This document shows positions 19,248 to 29,970 of a DNA stretch of 48,437 bases, one piece after another. A program made the position numbers and the translations under genes. The first letter of the stretch is position 1. Every line of letters starts with the position of its first letter. The stretch spans positions 1-48,437 of the forward strand of contig CAMBUH010000001.1 in the NCBI GenBank assembly GCA_945870985.1, written 5' to 3'. The DNA comes from Chitinophaga pinensis (GTDB lineage Bacteria > Bacteroidota > Bacteroidia > Chitinophagales > Chitinophagaceae). Below the pieces are notes generated by a model. It ran no database searches. It saw only the letters and a program-made list of their open reading frames with translations, and was not told the DNA's origin.

Positions 19248-19685
19248 TCAATTAACCGGGAGTTCATCTTCCCGGGGATTATATTCTACCGCATCTTCCA
19301 CAATATAAACTCCCTGGGGGTAAAACTTATTCAACAAGATTTTTAGTTTGTCGGCCTCCTCTCTACGAATAAAGTTGCCGATTCGTACTTTAAAGTTAGG
19401 GCTCTGATAAATGGTATATGCTTTATGCTCGGGAAAGTTGGACATTACTTCTGATTTGATTCGCATGGCTTCTTCCCTTTTATTGGTGCTGATAACCTGA
19501 ATGCGAAATCCTTTGTATAGTCCGTTGCCAGCCATCATGGATAATTTCTGATTGATTACTCGTTGCTTTTGCGAGAGCACTTCTAATCGAGGATCTTTAA
19601 CCACAATGGTAGTATCCGCTGCTTTTACGGATAACCCGATGAAACATCCGGCGAACCAGGTAATAGCTGATAGTAACCCTTTCAT
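19248..19685 (-). CDS. SPOR-domain protein
   Basis: Signal peptide; GFRIQV...YQSPNFKVRIGNF..REEA. Confidence 0.8.
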   Translation of the reverse strand: MKGLLSAITWFAGCFIGLSVKAADTTIVVKDPRLEVLSQKQRVINQKLSMMAGNGLYKGFRIQVISTNKREEAMRIKSEVMSNFPEHKAYTIYQSPNFKVRIGNFIRREEADKLKILLNKFYPQGVYIVEDAVEYNPREDELPVN

Positions 19686-19707
19686 ACTGCGCTTTTAAAA
19701 TGTGTAA

Positions 19708-20379
19708 TCAGTAGTTAGTTGATTGATTTATTTTTCCATTTACAATAGCCACCCCCGAACTGGTTCCCAAACGAGTGGCTCCTGCATCTACCAGTGCTTT
19801 GGCAAATGCATAGTCGCGAATTCCGCCCGAAGCCTTAATCTGAACCGCATCCGGCAAATGTTTTCTAAATAGCGCCACATCTTCTACCGAAGCTCCTTTT
19901 TCGGCATATCCGGTAGAAGTTTTTAGAAAGTCAATTCCTGCTGAACCATATATATCACAACAGGCAATGATTTCGTCACGGGTTAACACGCCCGATTCTA
20001 TAATTACTTTAATTACCCGATTTTTAGAACGAATTATCGGCAGAATATGATTGATTTCATTGGCAATTAATACCCAATCCTGATTTTTGATGGCTAAAAT
20101 ATTGGCTACCACATCCAATTCATCGGCACCATCTACCATAGCCAGCACTACTTCGGCAATCTTGGCTTCAATGGCGGAATATCCAAATGGAAAGCCAATT
20201 ACCGTGGCCACTTTTACGGTACTGTTTACCAAATGTTCTTTTGCCATTTTTACAAATGGCGGGGGTACACAAACTGCGGCAAAACCATATTCGTTGGCTT
20301 CGATACACAATTGATTGATATCCTTCACCAGGGTAGTGGGCTTGAGAAGTGTATGATCAATCAGGTGATTCATCTGCAT
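19708..20379 (-). CDS. deoC: Deoxyribose-phosphate aldolase
   Basis: IDHTLLKP, TVIGFPFG, GADELD, KVIIES, KTSTG, IKASGGIR. Confidence 0.96.
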   Translation of the reverse strand: MQMNHLIDHTLLKPTTLVKDINQLCIEANEYGFAAVCVPPPFVKMAKEHLVNSTVKVATVIGFPFGYSAIEAKIAEVVLAMVDGADELDVVANILAIKNQDWVLIANEINHILPIIRSKNRVIKVIIESGVLTRDEIIACCDIYGSAGIDFLKTSTGYAEKGASVEDVALFRKHLPDAVQIKASGGIRDYAFAKALVDAGATRLGTSSGVAIVNGKINQSTNY

Positions 20380-20402
20380 AAACCATTATTTACAACCAAG
20401 CA

Positions 20403-23400
20403 TTATACCTCCCTACCGTGGCAGGCTTTAAATTTTTTACCACTGCCACAGGGGCAAGGATCATTTCTGCCAATTTTTGGGGCAGCTACTACCGGCTGTT
20501 GCTTGGAAGCTGAAGGATCAAAATATTCATTTTCAGTTGGTGCTCCATCCACATCCATTTTGCTGGTATTCATGTGACTCATGTCTGTTTTTTCCTGCCT
20601 TCCTTCTTTCAGCTCATCGCCATCGTTGAGTGGAATACTGGCATGACAAAGAAACTGAACCATATCGCGGTTTACCGTTGCATCCATTCTGCGGAAAAGT
20701 TCAAACGCTTCCATCTTATAAATAACCAGGGGATCTTTTTGCTCGTAGGTGGCGGTTTGTACGCTTTGCTTTAAATCGTCCATAGCACGTAGATGCTCTT
20801 TCCAGGCATCATCAATAAATGCAAGCGCAACCGTTCTTTCTAATGCATTGGCCAGCTCCTGTCCTTTTGTATCCAAGGTTAGTTGCAGATTAGCCAATGC
20901 CTGAATCATTTTTCTGCCATCGGTAAAGGGCACCACCACATTATCGATTTTGCGCCCCTGTTGCACCCGAATATTATTGAATACGGGGATTGCCTGTTTG
21001 CTCATATCCGCCTTCTTTCTTTCGTAAGAACTGATGGCAGCGAGGTATAATTTTTCGGCTAATGCGGCGTGGGAAGCTTTGTTCATTTCAGCTTCTGCAA
21101 AAGGCACATCAATTCCAAAGTTCACAATAACAGCAAGGCGGAATCCCTCAAAATCATTCATGTCTTTATAAGCAGCCACTTGCTCTTCGGCTACGGAATA
21201 AAAAGCTGTATCCAAATCGAGGGCTAGTCTTTCTCCAAATAATGCGTGATTCCGTTTAGCATAGATAACGGTACGCTGTTTATTCATCACATCATCATAT
21301 TCCAGCAAGCGCTTTCTGATTCCGAAATTGTTTTCTTCCACTTTTTTCTGAGCACGTTCAATCGATTTTGTAATCATGCGCTCCTGAATCACTTCGCCTT
21401 CTTTATAGCCGGCAAAATCCATCACTTTGGCTATCCGCTCACTCCCAAACATGCGCATCAAATCATCTTCTAGCGACACAAAAAACAAAGACGACCCGGG
21501 ATCACCCTGACGACCCGCCCTACCTCTCAACTGGCGATCTACCCTTCTAGATTCATGCCTTTCTGTGCCTAGTATGGCCAGTCCGCCTGCTTCTTTTACA
21601 CCCGGCCCCAGCTTAATATCTGTACCACGACCTGCCATATTGGTGGCAATGGTTACAGCCCCTGCAAAGCCGGCCTCAACCACAATCTGTGCTTCCCTGG
21701 CATGTTGTTTGGCGTTGAGTACGTTGTGAGGCACTTTATTTTGGTTCAGCATCCGGCTGAGTAATTCACTAACTTCAACAGAAGTAGTTCCCACCAACAC
21801 CGGACGCTTAGCTTCACGTAAACGGATAATCTCTTCTATTACCGCTTTAAATTTCTCGCGCTTGGTTTTGAACAATAAATCTTCTTCGTCTTTCCGGATA
21901 GCCAGCACATTGGTTGGGATACTTACCACATCTAACTTATAAATATCCCATAGCTCAGCCGCTTCTGTTTCGGCAGTACCCGTCATACCCGCCAACTTAT
22001 GGTACATCCTGAAATAATTCTGCAGGGTTACCGTGGCATAGGTTTGTGTGGCTGCTTCAATTTTTACATTTTCCTTGGCTTCAATTGACTGGTGTAATCC
22101 ATCCGAGTATCTTCTGCCATCCAGGATACGACCGGTTTGCTCGTCTACTATTTTTACGGCGCCATCCATCACCACATACTCCACATCTTTATCAAACAAA
22201 GTATATGCCTTCAGTAACTGATGCACGGTATGTATCCGATCTGCTTTAACAGAGTACTCGTTGATAATGGCTTCTTTGCGATGAATTTTATCTTCGGCAG
22301 ATAAATTTTCCTCGGTTTCCACTGCGGATAACGACATGCTGATATCGGGCAGTACAAAAAACTGAGGATCTTCCCCGGCACGAGTAATCAATTGAATTCC
22401 CTTTTCTGTAAGCTCAACTGAATTATTTTTCTCTTCAATATAGAAATAAAGTTCTTCGTCGGCCTTGGGCATTTCCTTCGACTGATCTGCGAGATAATAA
22501 TTTTCTGTTTTCTGCAAAATCACCCGAATACCCGGTTCACTTAAAAACTTAATCAGGGCACTATTTTTGGGCAACCCTCTGTGGGCTCTAAACAAGGCCA
22601 ATCCACCATCTTTTGGATCGTCGTTTCCGTCGGCAATTTTTTTGCGGGCTTCATTTAAAAATTGATTCGCAGCTCTTTTCTGCGCATCCACCAGCTTTTC
22701 TATTCGAGGTTTTAGTTCAAAAAACTGTTGTTCACCGGTAACATGCCCTACCGGGCCAGAAATAATTAAGGGGGTACGGGCATCGTCAATCAAAACACTA
22801 TCCACCTCATCCACCATAGCAAAATGGTGTTTGCGCTGCACCATTTCTTCAGGTGCATGTACCATATTATCACGCAGGTAATCGAAACCAAATTCGTTAT
22901 TGGTACCATAGGTAATATCAGCAAGATAGGCATTGCGACGGGCTTCGCTGTTGGGTTCATGCTTATCAATACAATCTACCCGTAACCCCAGCCATTCGAA
23001 TAAAGGACCGTTCCACTCACTATCTCTTTTTGCCAGGTAATCGTTTACGGTTACTATGTGAACACCTTCACCGGCCAGAGCATTCAGGTAGGCGGGCAAG
23101 GTAGATACCAATGTTTTACCTTCACCGGTAGCCATTTCGGCAATCTTTCCCTGATGTAATACGGAACCGCCAATCAACTGCACATCATAATGCACCATAT
23201 TCCAGGTAATCTTTCCTCCGCCGGCCGTCCAGCTATTGCTATAAACAGAATCATTGCCCTGAATAGTAATGTAGGGTTTACGAACAGATAAATCACGGTC
23301 TAACTGAGAAGCCGTGCTGCGGATTTCAGTTTGCTGTGTAAATCGGCGGGCTGTTTCTTTTACAACGGCAAAAGCTTCTGGCTGAATGGTAAACAGAACT

Positions 23401-23708
23401 TCTTCTATTTTTTTATCACGATCTTTTTTCAGCTTATCAATGCTGCGATAAATTTCGTCTCTGCCATGAATATCTTCTACCGGCAATTGCTCAGCAGCCG
23501 TTTTCTGTTCTAAAATCTCGGCATCGATAGTTGCCAGGTGAGCTTGGATACGAGCCTTAAATTCGGCAGTTTTATTACGGAGCGCCTCATTGCTTAATCC
23601 AGCCAATGGTTCTCCAAATGAAAGCGCCTGTTGAACTATGGGCATTATTTTCTGAACATCTTTTTCACTTTTGCTGCCGCCCAATAACTTTGAGATAAAT
23701 TTGAACAT
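20403..23708 (-). CDS. secA: Preprotein translocase ATPase SecA
   Basis: [42 protein letters not shown]-terminal [13 protein letters not shown]; ATG at 23708; -7 TACCTTTG at 23800-23807. Confidence 0.98.
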   Translation of the reverse strand: MFKFISKLLGGSKSEKDVQKIMPIVQQALSFGEPLAGLSNEALRNKTAEFKARIQAHLATIDAEILEQKTAAEQLPVEDIHGRDEIYRSIDKLKKDRDKKIEEVLFTIQPEAFAVVKETARRFTQQTEIRSTASQLDRDLSVRKPYITIQGNDSVYSNSWTAGGGKITWNMVHYDVQLIGGSVLHQGKIAEMATGEGKTLVSTLPAYLNALAGEGVHIVTVNDYLAKRDSEWNGPLFEWLGLRVDCIDKHEPNSEARRNAYLADITYGTNNEFGFDYLRDNMVHAPEEMVQRKHHFAMVDEVDSVLIDDARTPLIISGPVGHVTGEQQFFELKPRIEKLVDAQKRAANQFLNEARKKIADGNDDPKDGGLALFRAHRGLPKNSALIKFLSEPGIRVILQKTENYYLADQSKEMPKADEELYFYIEEKNNSVELTEKGIQLITRAGEDPQFFVLPDISMSLSAVETEENLSAEDKIHRKEAIINEYSVKADRIHTVHQLLKAYTLFDKDVEYVVMDGAVKIVDEQTGRILDGRRYSDGLHQSIEAKENVKIEAATQTYATVTLQNYFRMYHKLAGMTGTAETEAAELWDIYKLDVVSIPTNVLAIRKDEEDLLFKTKREKFKAVIEEIIRLREAKRPVLVGTTSVEVSELLSRMLNQNKVPHNVLNAKQHAREAQIVVEAGFAGAVTIATNMAGRGTDIKLGPGVKEAGGLAILGTERHESRRVDRQLRGRAGRQGDPGSSLFFVSLEDDLMRMFGSERIAKVMDFAGYKEGEVIQERMITKSIERAQKKVEENNFGIRKRLLEYDDVMNKQRTVIYAKRNHALFGERLALDLDTAFYSVAEEQVAAYKDMNDFEGFRLAVIVNFGIDVPFAEAEMNKASHAALAEKLYLAAISSYERKKADMSKQAIPVFNNIRVQQGRKIDNVVVPFTDGRKMIQALANLQLTLDTKGQELANALERTVALAFIDDAWKEHLRAMDDLKQSVQTATYEQKDPLVIYKMEAFELFRRMDATVNRDMVQFLCHASIPLNDGDELKEGRQEKTDMSHMNTSKMDVDGAPTENEYFDPSASKQQPVVAAPKIGRNDPCPCGSGKKFKACHGREV

Positions 23709-23876
23709 ATTTTTTAATTCGTTGATAGATTCAATTGCATAGCCAAAAAAGGTGCTGAATTGCCCAAAACGACAATTTGACACTTCTTTTTCGAGCGGTC
23801 AAAGGTAAACAATTTGGCACCATACTTAGGCAATTGGGGTTTACCAACCAGATTTATCGCAAAACTTAACACAATT

Positions 23877-24473
23877 ATGCGCTGTTCAACTATTTCTTTT
23901 GTTTGCTGCTTGCTGCTGATGGCTCCGTTTGTGAAGGCTCAAAGTAATGTTTGGGACTCGCTAAACAAGCGAAGACTAACCATCAATCAAAATCATTTGT
24001 ATGTGTTGGGATCTTGGGCCGCTGCCAATATTGTTCAGGGAAGCATTTCTGCCACCAATACCACCGGAAGTACCCGTTACCTGCATCAAATGAATGCCTA
24101 TTGGAATACCGTTAACTTAGCAATTGCAGGATTGGGTATTTGGGCCTTGAAAATGCAGCTTAGGCAAAAAATTACGCCTGCAGACCTGCTTCAAGAGCAA
24201 AAAACCGTTGAAAAGCTGTTATTACTGAATTCCGGACTGGATGTTACATACATTATGACGGGTTTATATATGAAAGAGAAAGGACTGCGGCTGCAAAACG
24301 ACCGGAATATCGGATTTGGGAATAGTTTGGTAATTCAGGGTAGTTTTTTATTGGTTTTAGATCTGGTTCAATACTTTGCGCACCAGAAAAATGGTAAAGC
24401 TATTTACGATCAAGCGAAAAAAGTGCAGTGGGGGGTTGGTGAGAATGGACTTGGACTCACTTACCGGTTGTAA
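23877..24473 (+). CDS. Conserved hypothetical exported/membrane protein (DUF6992-like)
   Basis: Signal peptide; VLGSWAAAN, HQMNAYWNTVNLAIA, LNSGLDVTY, GNSLVIQGSFL..D. Confidence 0.6.
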   Translation: MRCSTISFVCCLLLMAPFVKAQSNVWDSLNKRRLTINQNHLYVLGSWAAANIVQGSISATNTTGSTRYLHQMNAYWNTVNLAIAGLGIWALKMQLRQKITPADLLQEQKTVEKLLLLNSGLDVTYIMTGLYMKEKGLRLQNDRNIGFGNSLVIQGSFLLVLDLVQYFAHQKNGKAIYDQAKKVQWGVGENGLGLTYRL

Positions 24474-24639
24474 TGGCAGCTACTGGAACATTTTTCCGGC
24501 TGAATCGATGGTATTTTTGCACATATCAATGGAATTTCACCCCGTTTTGGTTAGTTTTGCACCCCAAACAAATGGGGCAAACAATAGAGCCAATTAAAGG
24601 TGCCTATTTCCAGACTATAAACATTGAAATTATTTATAT

Positions 24640-25524
24640 ATGGCAGGTCAGTTAAAAGAAGTACGGAGTCGGATTAAAAGTGTACAGAGCACTCAGCAAA
24701 TTACCAAAGCCATGAAAATGGTGAGTGCTGCCAAGTTGCGTAGAGCCCAGGATGCAATTACACAGATGAGGCCTTATGCCAATAAGTTGCAGGAAATGCT
24801 GAGTAATATTGTGAGTAATTTAGATGGAGGGGTTTCCATTAAACTAGCCGAGGAAAGAACAATTGAAAAAGTATTGCTGATTGTGATTACCAGCGACCGC
24901 GGTTTGTGTGGGGGATATAATGCCAATCTTATTAAGTTAGCCAAAGCCACCATTGCCGAAAAATATACTGCCCAACACAAAAAGGGGAACATCACCATTT
25001 GGAATATTGGCAAAAAAGGATGGGAAGGCATGACGAAAGCCGGATATAAAACCGACGCCCGTTTTAAAGATATTTATCTGAAGCTCAGTTTTTCTCAGGT
25101 GCAAGAAGCAGCTGCTGCCGCAATGGTTGCTTTTGAAAGCAAGGAATTTGATGCCGTAGAATTGGTGTACAGTGAATTTAAAAATGCCGGTACCCAGCGA
25201 TTTGTAGCAGAAAGATTTTTACCCATTCCAAAGGTTGCCAAAAAGGCCGGCGAAAAAAAGTCGGACTTTATTTTTGAGCCTGCAAAAGATCAGTTGATTG
25301 CCGAATTGATGCCTAAAATTTTAAATACACAATTGTACAAGGCGGTATTGGATGGTAATGCCAGTGAACATGGTGCTCGCATGACGGCAATGGATAAAGC
25401 TAGTGACAATGCCAACGAATTACTGAAATCTTTAAAAATAAGTTACAACAGAGCAAGACAGGCTGCCATTACTACCGAATTAACCGAAATAGTAAGTGGT
25501 GCTGCTGCATTGCAGGGCTCCTAA
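24640..25524 (+). CDS. atpG: ATP synthase F1 gamma subunit
   Basis: QITKAMKMVSAAKL, SDRGLCGGYN, SEHGARMTAM, ARQAAITTELTEIVSGA. Confidence 0.98.
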   Translation: MAGQLKEVRSRIKSVQSTQQITKAMKMVSAAKLRRAQDAITQMRPYANKLQEMLSNIVSNLDGGVSIKLAEERTIEKVLLIVITSDRGLCGGYNANLIKLAKATIAEKYTAQHKKGNITIWNIGKKGWEGMTKAGYKTDARFKDIYLKLSFSQVQEAAAAAMVAFESKEFDAVELVYSEFKNAGTQRFVAERFLPIPKVAKKAGEKKSDFIFEPAKDQLIAELMPKILNTQLYKAVLDGNASEHGARMTAMDKASDNANELLKSLKISYNRARQAAITTELTEIVSGAAALQGS

Positions 25525-25567
25525 CTGTAGTAAAACTTTTTTTACCCGGATACCTTATCAACCTACC

Positions 25568-26293
25568 ATGGAGCTTAGTCAGATTATACCCCACATAGAA
25601 GTATTAATTTTTGCCAGCGAAAAGCCGCTTACTGCTGGCGACATTCTGGAACTGATTAACAATGCTTTTGGATTTATGGAGGAAAGGGCTACCATAGAAC
25701 AAATAGATGCAGCACTTGATGGTATTCGCGAAAAATACAGTGCAGAATTTTATCCTTTTGAAGTAAAACAAAGCGGGGGTGGCTGGCAGTTTTTAACAAA
25801 ATCAGTATATCATCCCACTATTGCACAATTGAATGGAGATAAATTTTTAAAGCGGCTTTCCAATGCTGCCCTAGAAACCCTTTCCATTATCGCCTATAAG
25901 CAACCCATTACAAAAGGAGAGATTGAAGCGATTCGGGGTGTGAACAGTGATTATAGTATTCAAAAATTATTAGAAAAAGAACTGATCATCATCAGTGGTA
26001 GAAATGAACATCTGCCGGGAAGACCCTTGGTGTATGCCACTTCACAAAATTTCATGGATTATTTCGGCATCAACTCATCCGGAGATTTGCCTGAAATAAA
26101 AGAAGTGTTAGCAGATCAGATAGTAGAAGCAACGGTAGTAAAGCCCGAAGACTTTACGGATTGGCCAGTTGCCGAAGAAACAAAGGCTGATGAAGAGTTG
26201 CCATTGGAAGAAACCTTGTCAACGGAAGAATCTAACATAGACACAACGCAGGCTGAGACTGATGAAACTCCCCAACCACCGGCTGAAGCATAA
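25568..26293 (+). CDS. scpB: SMC-Scp complex subunit ScpB
   Basis: LSNAALETLSIIAYKQPITKGEIEAIRGVNS, PGRPLVY; acidic tail; ATG at 25568. Confidence 0.95.
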   Translation: MELSQIIPHIEVLIFASEKPLTAGDILELINNAFGFMEERATIEQIDAALDGIREKYSAEFYPFEVKQSGGGWQFLTKSVYHPTIAQLNGDKFLKRLSNAALETLSIIAYKQPITKGEIEAIRGVNSDYSIQKLLEKELIIISGRNEHLPGRPLVYATSQNFMDYFGINSSGDLPEIKEVLADQIVEATVVKPEDFTDWPVAEETKADEELPLEETLSTEESNIDTTQAETDETPQPPAEA

Positions 26294-26335
26294 TCGCAGG
26301 TTCACATCCTCCCTACAAGTATAGTATATTCGCAT

Positions 26336-27544
26336 ATGTTCAATCCCCTTTCAAACGAGGTATTGCGGCAGTTAGCCGATGAGTTTGGAACTCCCCTGTA
26401 TGTATATGATGGAGAAAAAATTGCCGAACAATACCAATTATTACAATCCGCTTTTAACCCAGCCTCTACCCGATTTTTTTATGCTTGTAAATCACTAACC
26501 AATGTAAATATTCTTCGGCTGATTAAAAATATGGGCTGTGGAATTGATTGCAGCTCAATTAATGAAGCATATCTGGCTATTCGGTCAGGCTGTTCACCCA
26601 ACAACATATTATATACCAGCAATGGGATAGCTTTTGAGGAAATTGTAGCCGCTACCGAATTGGGAATCCATATTAATATAGACAGCCTGAGCAACCTAGA
26701 AAAATTTGGAGCTCGATTTGGCCATTCCTATCCGGTGGGCATCCGCCTACGCCCAAACATTATGGCAGGGGGCAACTTAAAAATTTCTACTGGTCACGAA
26801 AAAAGCAAATTTGGAATTCCGCTTGAAGATATCCAGCTTGTATTAGACCTGGTAAAAACCTATAACCTGCAAATCTCTGGCTTACATGTGCACACGGGCA
26901 GTGAAATAAAAGACTTAGCAGTTTTTCTACAGGTTGCCCAGTTATTAATTGACCTGATTCCAAATTTCCCCGAATTAACCTGTATCGATCTGGGTGGTGG
27001 ATTTAAAGTCCCCTACCGGGATAATGAAACTGGAACTGATCTGAAGGAACTGGGTAGTAAAACCGCCGAAATACAAGCAGAAATTCAAACAAAATTTGGC
27101 AAGCAACTGGAAATATGGTTTGAGCCTGGCAAATTTTTAGTAAGTGAATGTGGCTACCTGATTACCCAGGTGAATGTATTAAAACAAAGTGGGCCAATCT
27201 TGTTTGCCGGTATCAACAGTGGTTTTAATCACTTGATCAGACCTATGTTTTACGATGCCTACCATCGCATCAAGAATATCAGCCATCCCAACGCAGCAGA
27301 AAAAATATATACCATTACCGGAAACATTTGCGAAACCGATCAGTTTGCCGAAAACAGGGCGCTGGCAGAAATCAGAGAGGGCGACTATCTGGTATTCTAT
27401 AATGCCGGTGCGTATGGCTACGAAATGGCCAGCAACTACAATGCTCGCTTTAAGCCGGCGCAGGTATTACTTGAAAATGGAACATCCCGATTAATCAGCC
27501 GACGAGATACATTGGATGATTTACTTCGATTACAAATTTTATAG
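26336..27544 (+). CDS. lysA: Diaminopimelate decarboxylase
   Basis: GTPLYVYD, YACK, SKFG, HTGS, DLGGG, EPGK, GNICETD, GAYG..MASNYN. Confidence 0.95.
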   Translation: MFNPLSNEVLRQLADEFGTPLYVYDGEKIAEQYQLLQSAFNPASTRFFYACKSLTNVNILRLIKNMGCGIDCSSINEAYLAIRSGCSPNNILYTSNGIAFEEIVAATELGIHINIDSLSNLEKFGARFGHSYPVGIRLRPNIMAGGNLKISTGHEKSKFGIPLEDIQLVLDLVKTYNLQISGLHVHTGSEIKDLAVFLQVAQLLIDLIPNFPELTCIDLGGGFKVPYRDNETGTDLKELGSKTAEIQAEIQTKFGKQLEIWFEPGKFLVSECGYLITQVNVLKQSGPILFAGINSGFNHLIRPMFYDAYHRIKNISHPNAAEKIYTITGNICETDQFAENRALAEIREGDYLVFYNAGAYGYEMASNYNARFKPAQVLLENGTSRLISRRDTLDDLLRLQIL

Positions 27545-27598
27545 TAGCTTTATTAGATTCTTTCGCGCAACGGTCTGTTATGATTCAACCCAACAAAA

Positions 27599-28384
27599 AT
27601 GATTGAGGTACAGCATTTATATAAAAGTTTTGGAGAAAGAGTGATTCTCGAAGATATTAGTGCAGTAATGGAAGCAGGCAAATGCAACCTAATCATTGGA
27701 ACAAGTGGCAGTGGAAAAACAGTACTTACCAAATGCCTGGTTGGTTTATTTACCCCAGAAAAAGGGGAAATTCTTTTTAATGGCAAGAATATGCTCGAGA
27801 TGGAACAAGACGAGCGCAAAATGCTGCGACAGCAAATTGGCATGCTGTTTCAGGGAACAGCTTTGTTTGATTCGATGACGGTTGAAGAGAATGTATTATT
27901 TCCGTTGAATATGTTTACTAAGTGGACTGCCGCCGAAAAAAGAAAGCGGACTACCGAAGTGCTGGAACGGGTAAATCTCAAGGATGCACATAAAAAATAT
28001 CCTGCAGAAATCAGCGGTGGCATGAAGAAAAGGGTAGGTATTGCGCGAGCAGTTGTAATGAATCCCCAATATTTATTTTGCGATGAACCCAATTCGGGCC
28101 TCGACCCGCAAACTTCGATGGTAATTGATAAACTAATTCAGGAAATCACCCGCGAGTATAATATTACTACGATTGTTGTATCGCACGACATGAATAGTGT
28201 GATGGAAATTGGCGACCATATTATTTACTTACACCAAGGTCGCAAACAATGGGAAGGCAGTAATAAAGATATCATATTCAGCAAAAACGAACTGCTGAAC
28301 AAATTTATCTTTGCCTCTGAATTTTTACAAGATGCCAAAGAATTGCGGATGATGGAACAACTAAAATCCAATCCCCCCTCATAA
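27599..28384 (+). CDS. MlaF-like ABC transporter ATP-binding protein
   Basis: GTSGSGKT, LFQGTALFDSMTV.ENV, ISGGMKKRVGIARA, DEPNSGLDP, SHD. Confidence 0.88.
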   Translation: MIEVQHLYKSFGERVILEDISAVMEAGKCNLIIGTSGSGKTVLTKCLVGLFTPEKGEILFNGKNMLEMEQDERKMLRQQIGMLFQGTALFDSMTVEENVLFPLNMFTKWTAAEKRKRTTEVLERVNLKDAHKKYPAEISGGMKKRVGIARAVVMNPQYLFCDEPNSGLDPQTSMVIDKLIQEITREYNITTIVVSHDMNSVMEIGDHIIYLHQGRKQWEGSNKDIIFSKNELLNKFIFASEFLQDAKELRMMEQLKSNPPS

Positions 28385-28392
28385 TCATTCTC

Positions 28393-28902
28393 ATGAATGC
28401 GTTACGCCCGTGTATTGTTAGTTTTGTATTACTCATGAGTACAAAATCTTTGTGTCAGGATACTATACCTCCCTTTTTAAAAAACAAGCAGCTGCCAGCA
28501 TTTGAATTATTACTAACTGATAGCAGCAAATACAGCAGCAGTAATGCGTATAATTATCCCTATTTCACCCTGATTTATTTTTCACCGGAATGTGGACATT
28601 GTTTAGAAACTACGGAGCAACTGATTCGCCATTCGGATAGTTTGCAAAATACGCTGTTGGTAATGGCCGCCTATAAAACAGTGGATGAACTGAGCACTTT
28701 TAGTAAAAAATACCACCTGAATTTATTTCAAAATGTATTGGTGGGAAGAGACACTCGCTATTTTATTGCGCCTTACTATGCTATTAGCTATACCCCCTTT
28801 GTAGCGGTATATGATGCTAATCGGAAACTGTTGCAGTACTGGTCGGCGCCAGATCACCCTTTTGTAATCGGTGAATTAATGGCTGTTTTACAAAGAAAAT
28901 AA
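28393..28902 (+). CDS. Exported thioredoxin-fold (TlpA/redoxin-like) protein
   Basis: Signal peptide, LPAFELL, YFSPECGHC (CxxC), YTPFVAVYD. Confidence 0.75.
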   Translation: MNALRPCIVSFVLLMSTKSLCQDTIPPFLKNKQLPAFELLLTDSSKYSSSNAYNYPYFTLIYFSPECGHCLETTEQLIRHSDSLQNTLLVMAAYKTVDELSTFSKKYHLNLFQNVLVGRDTRYFIAPYYAISYTPFVAVYDANRKLLQYWSAPDHPFVIGELMAVLQRK

Positions 28903-28986
28903 CATTGTTTTTGCGTTTTTTACTGCATAACACCCTACCAAATACTAACTTTGCGAGGTAAAAATTAAATCAATCAATAGCTGCTT

Positions 28987-29916
28987 ATGAAAATTACTGT
29001 TGTAGGTGCCGGAGCCGTTGGAGCAACCTGTGCCGATAATATTGCTCGCGCCCAACTGGCCGATGACCTAGTTTTGTTGGACATTAAAGAAGGTCTCGCC
29101 GAAGGTAAGGCACAAGACATGATGCAAACCGCTACCCTGTTGGGTTTTGATACCCGCATTACCGGAAGCACAAACGATTATGCAAAAACTGCCGGGTCGA
29201 ATGTAGTAGTAATTACTTCTGGTATTCCTCGTAAACCGGGTATGACGAGAGAAGAATTGATTGGAACCAATGCCGGTATTGTAAAAGGCGTTACACAAAA
29301 CATATTGCAATACTCACCGGATGCCATCATCATCGTAATCAGCAATCCGATGGATACCATGACGTATCTGGCACTTACCAGTACCGGACTTCCTAAAAAC
29401 CGCATCATTGGTATGGGAGGTACATTAGATAGTGCAAGATTCAAATATCAGTTAAGTCAGCACCTGGCATGCAGCCCTGCTGATCTTAATGCAATAGTAA
29501 TCGGCGGCCATGGCGACACTACCATGATTCCCCTGATAAGTAAAGCAACCTGGAATAGCATTCCGGTTACACAATTTCTTTCCGCTGCTCAGCAGGAGCA
29601 AATTGTTTCGGATACGATGGTAGGCGGTGCAACCCTTACCAAATTACTGGGTACTTCTGCCTGGTATGCCCCGGGTGCAGCTGGTGCTGCACTGGTTGAA
29701 AGCATTGTGCGGGATGAGAAAAAACTCTTTACCTGCTGTGTAAGTTTGAATGGCGAATATGGGCAGTCTGATATTTGTTTAGGCGTTCCGGTAGTAATTG
29801 GTAAGAATGGCTGGGAGAAAATTCTACCGCTGGAATTATCCGAAACAGAGCAGGCAATGTTCAATAAAAGTGCTGAAGCTGTTAGAAGTATGAATGAAGT
29901 GCTGAAAACTTTATAA
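28987..29916 (+). CDS. mdh: Malate dehydrogenase (LDH-like)
   Basis: GAGAVG, PRKPGMTREEL, SNPMD, LDSARF, GGHGD; -7 TAACTTTG at 28946-28953. Confidence 0.96.
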   Translation: MKITVVGAGAVGATCADNIARAQLADDLVLLDIKEGLAEGKAQDMMQTATLLGFDTRITGSTNDYAKTAGSNVVVITSGIPRKPGMTREELIGTNAGIVKGVTQNILQYSPDAIIIVISNPMDTMTYLALTSTGLPKNRIIGMGGTLDSARFKYQLSQHLACSPADLNAIVIGGHGDTTMIPLISKATWNSIPVTQFLSAAQQEQIVSDTMVGGATLTKLLGTSAWYAPGAAGAALVESIVRDEKKLFTCCVSLNGEYGQSDICLGVPVVIGKNGWEKILPLELSETEQAMFNKSAEAVRSMNEVLKTL

Positions 29917-29937
29917 AATAGCTGATCAATCAGTGAG

Positions 29938-29963
29938 AACCCGCCTATTCGGCGGGTTTTTTT
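29938..29963 (+). terminator. Intrinsic terminator after mdh
   Basis: AACCCGCC-TATTC-GGCGGGTT followed by a T-tract. Confidence 0.85.
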
Positions 29964-29970
29964 ATGCAGG

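Noticed and set aside
23709-23783. N-terminal extensions in the ORF track for secA (also scpB, YebC, the OMP and SCO)
   Set aside because: Downstream starts fit the family N-termini, signal peptides or promoter positions better.
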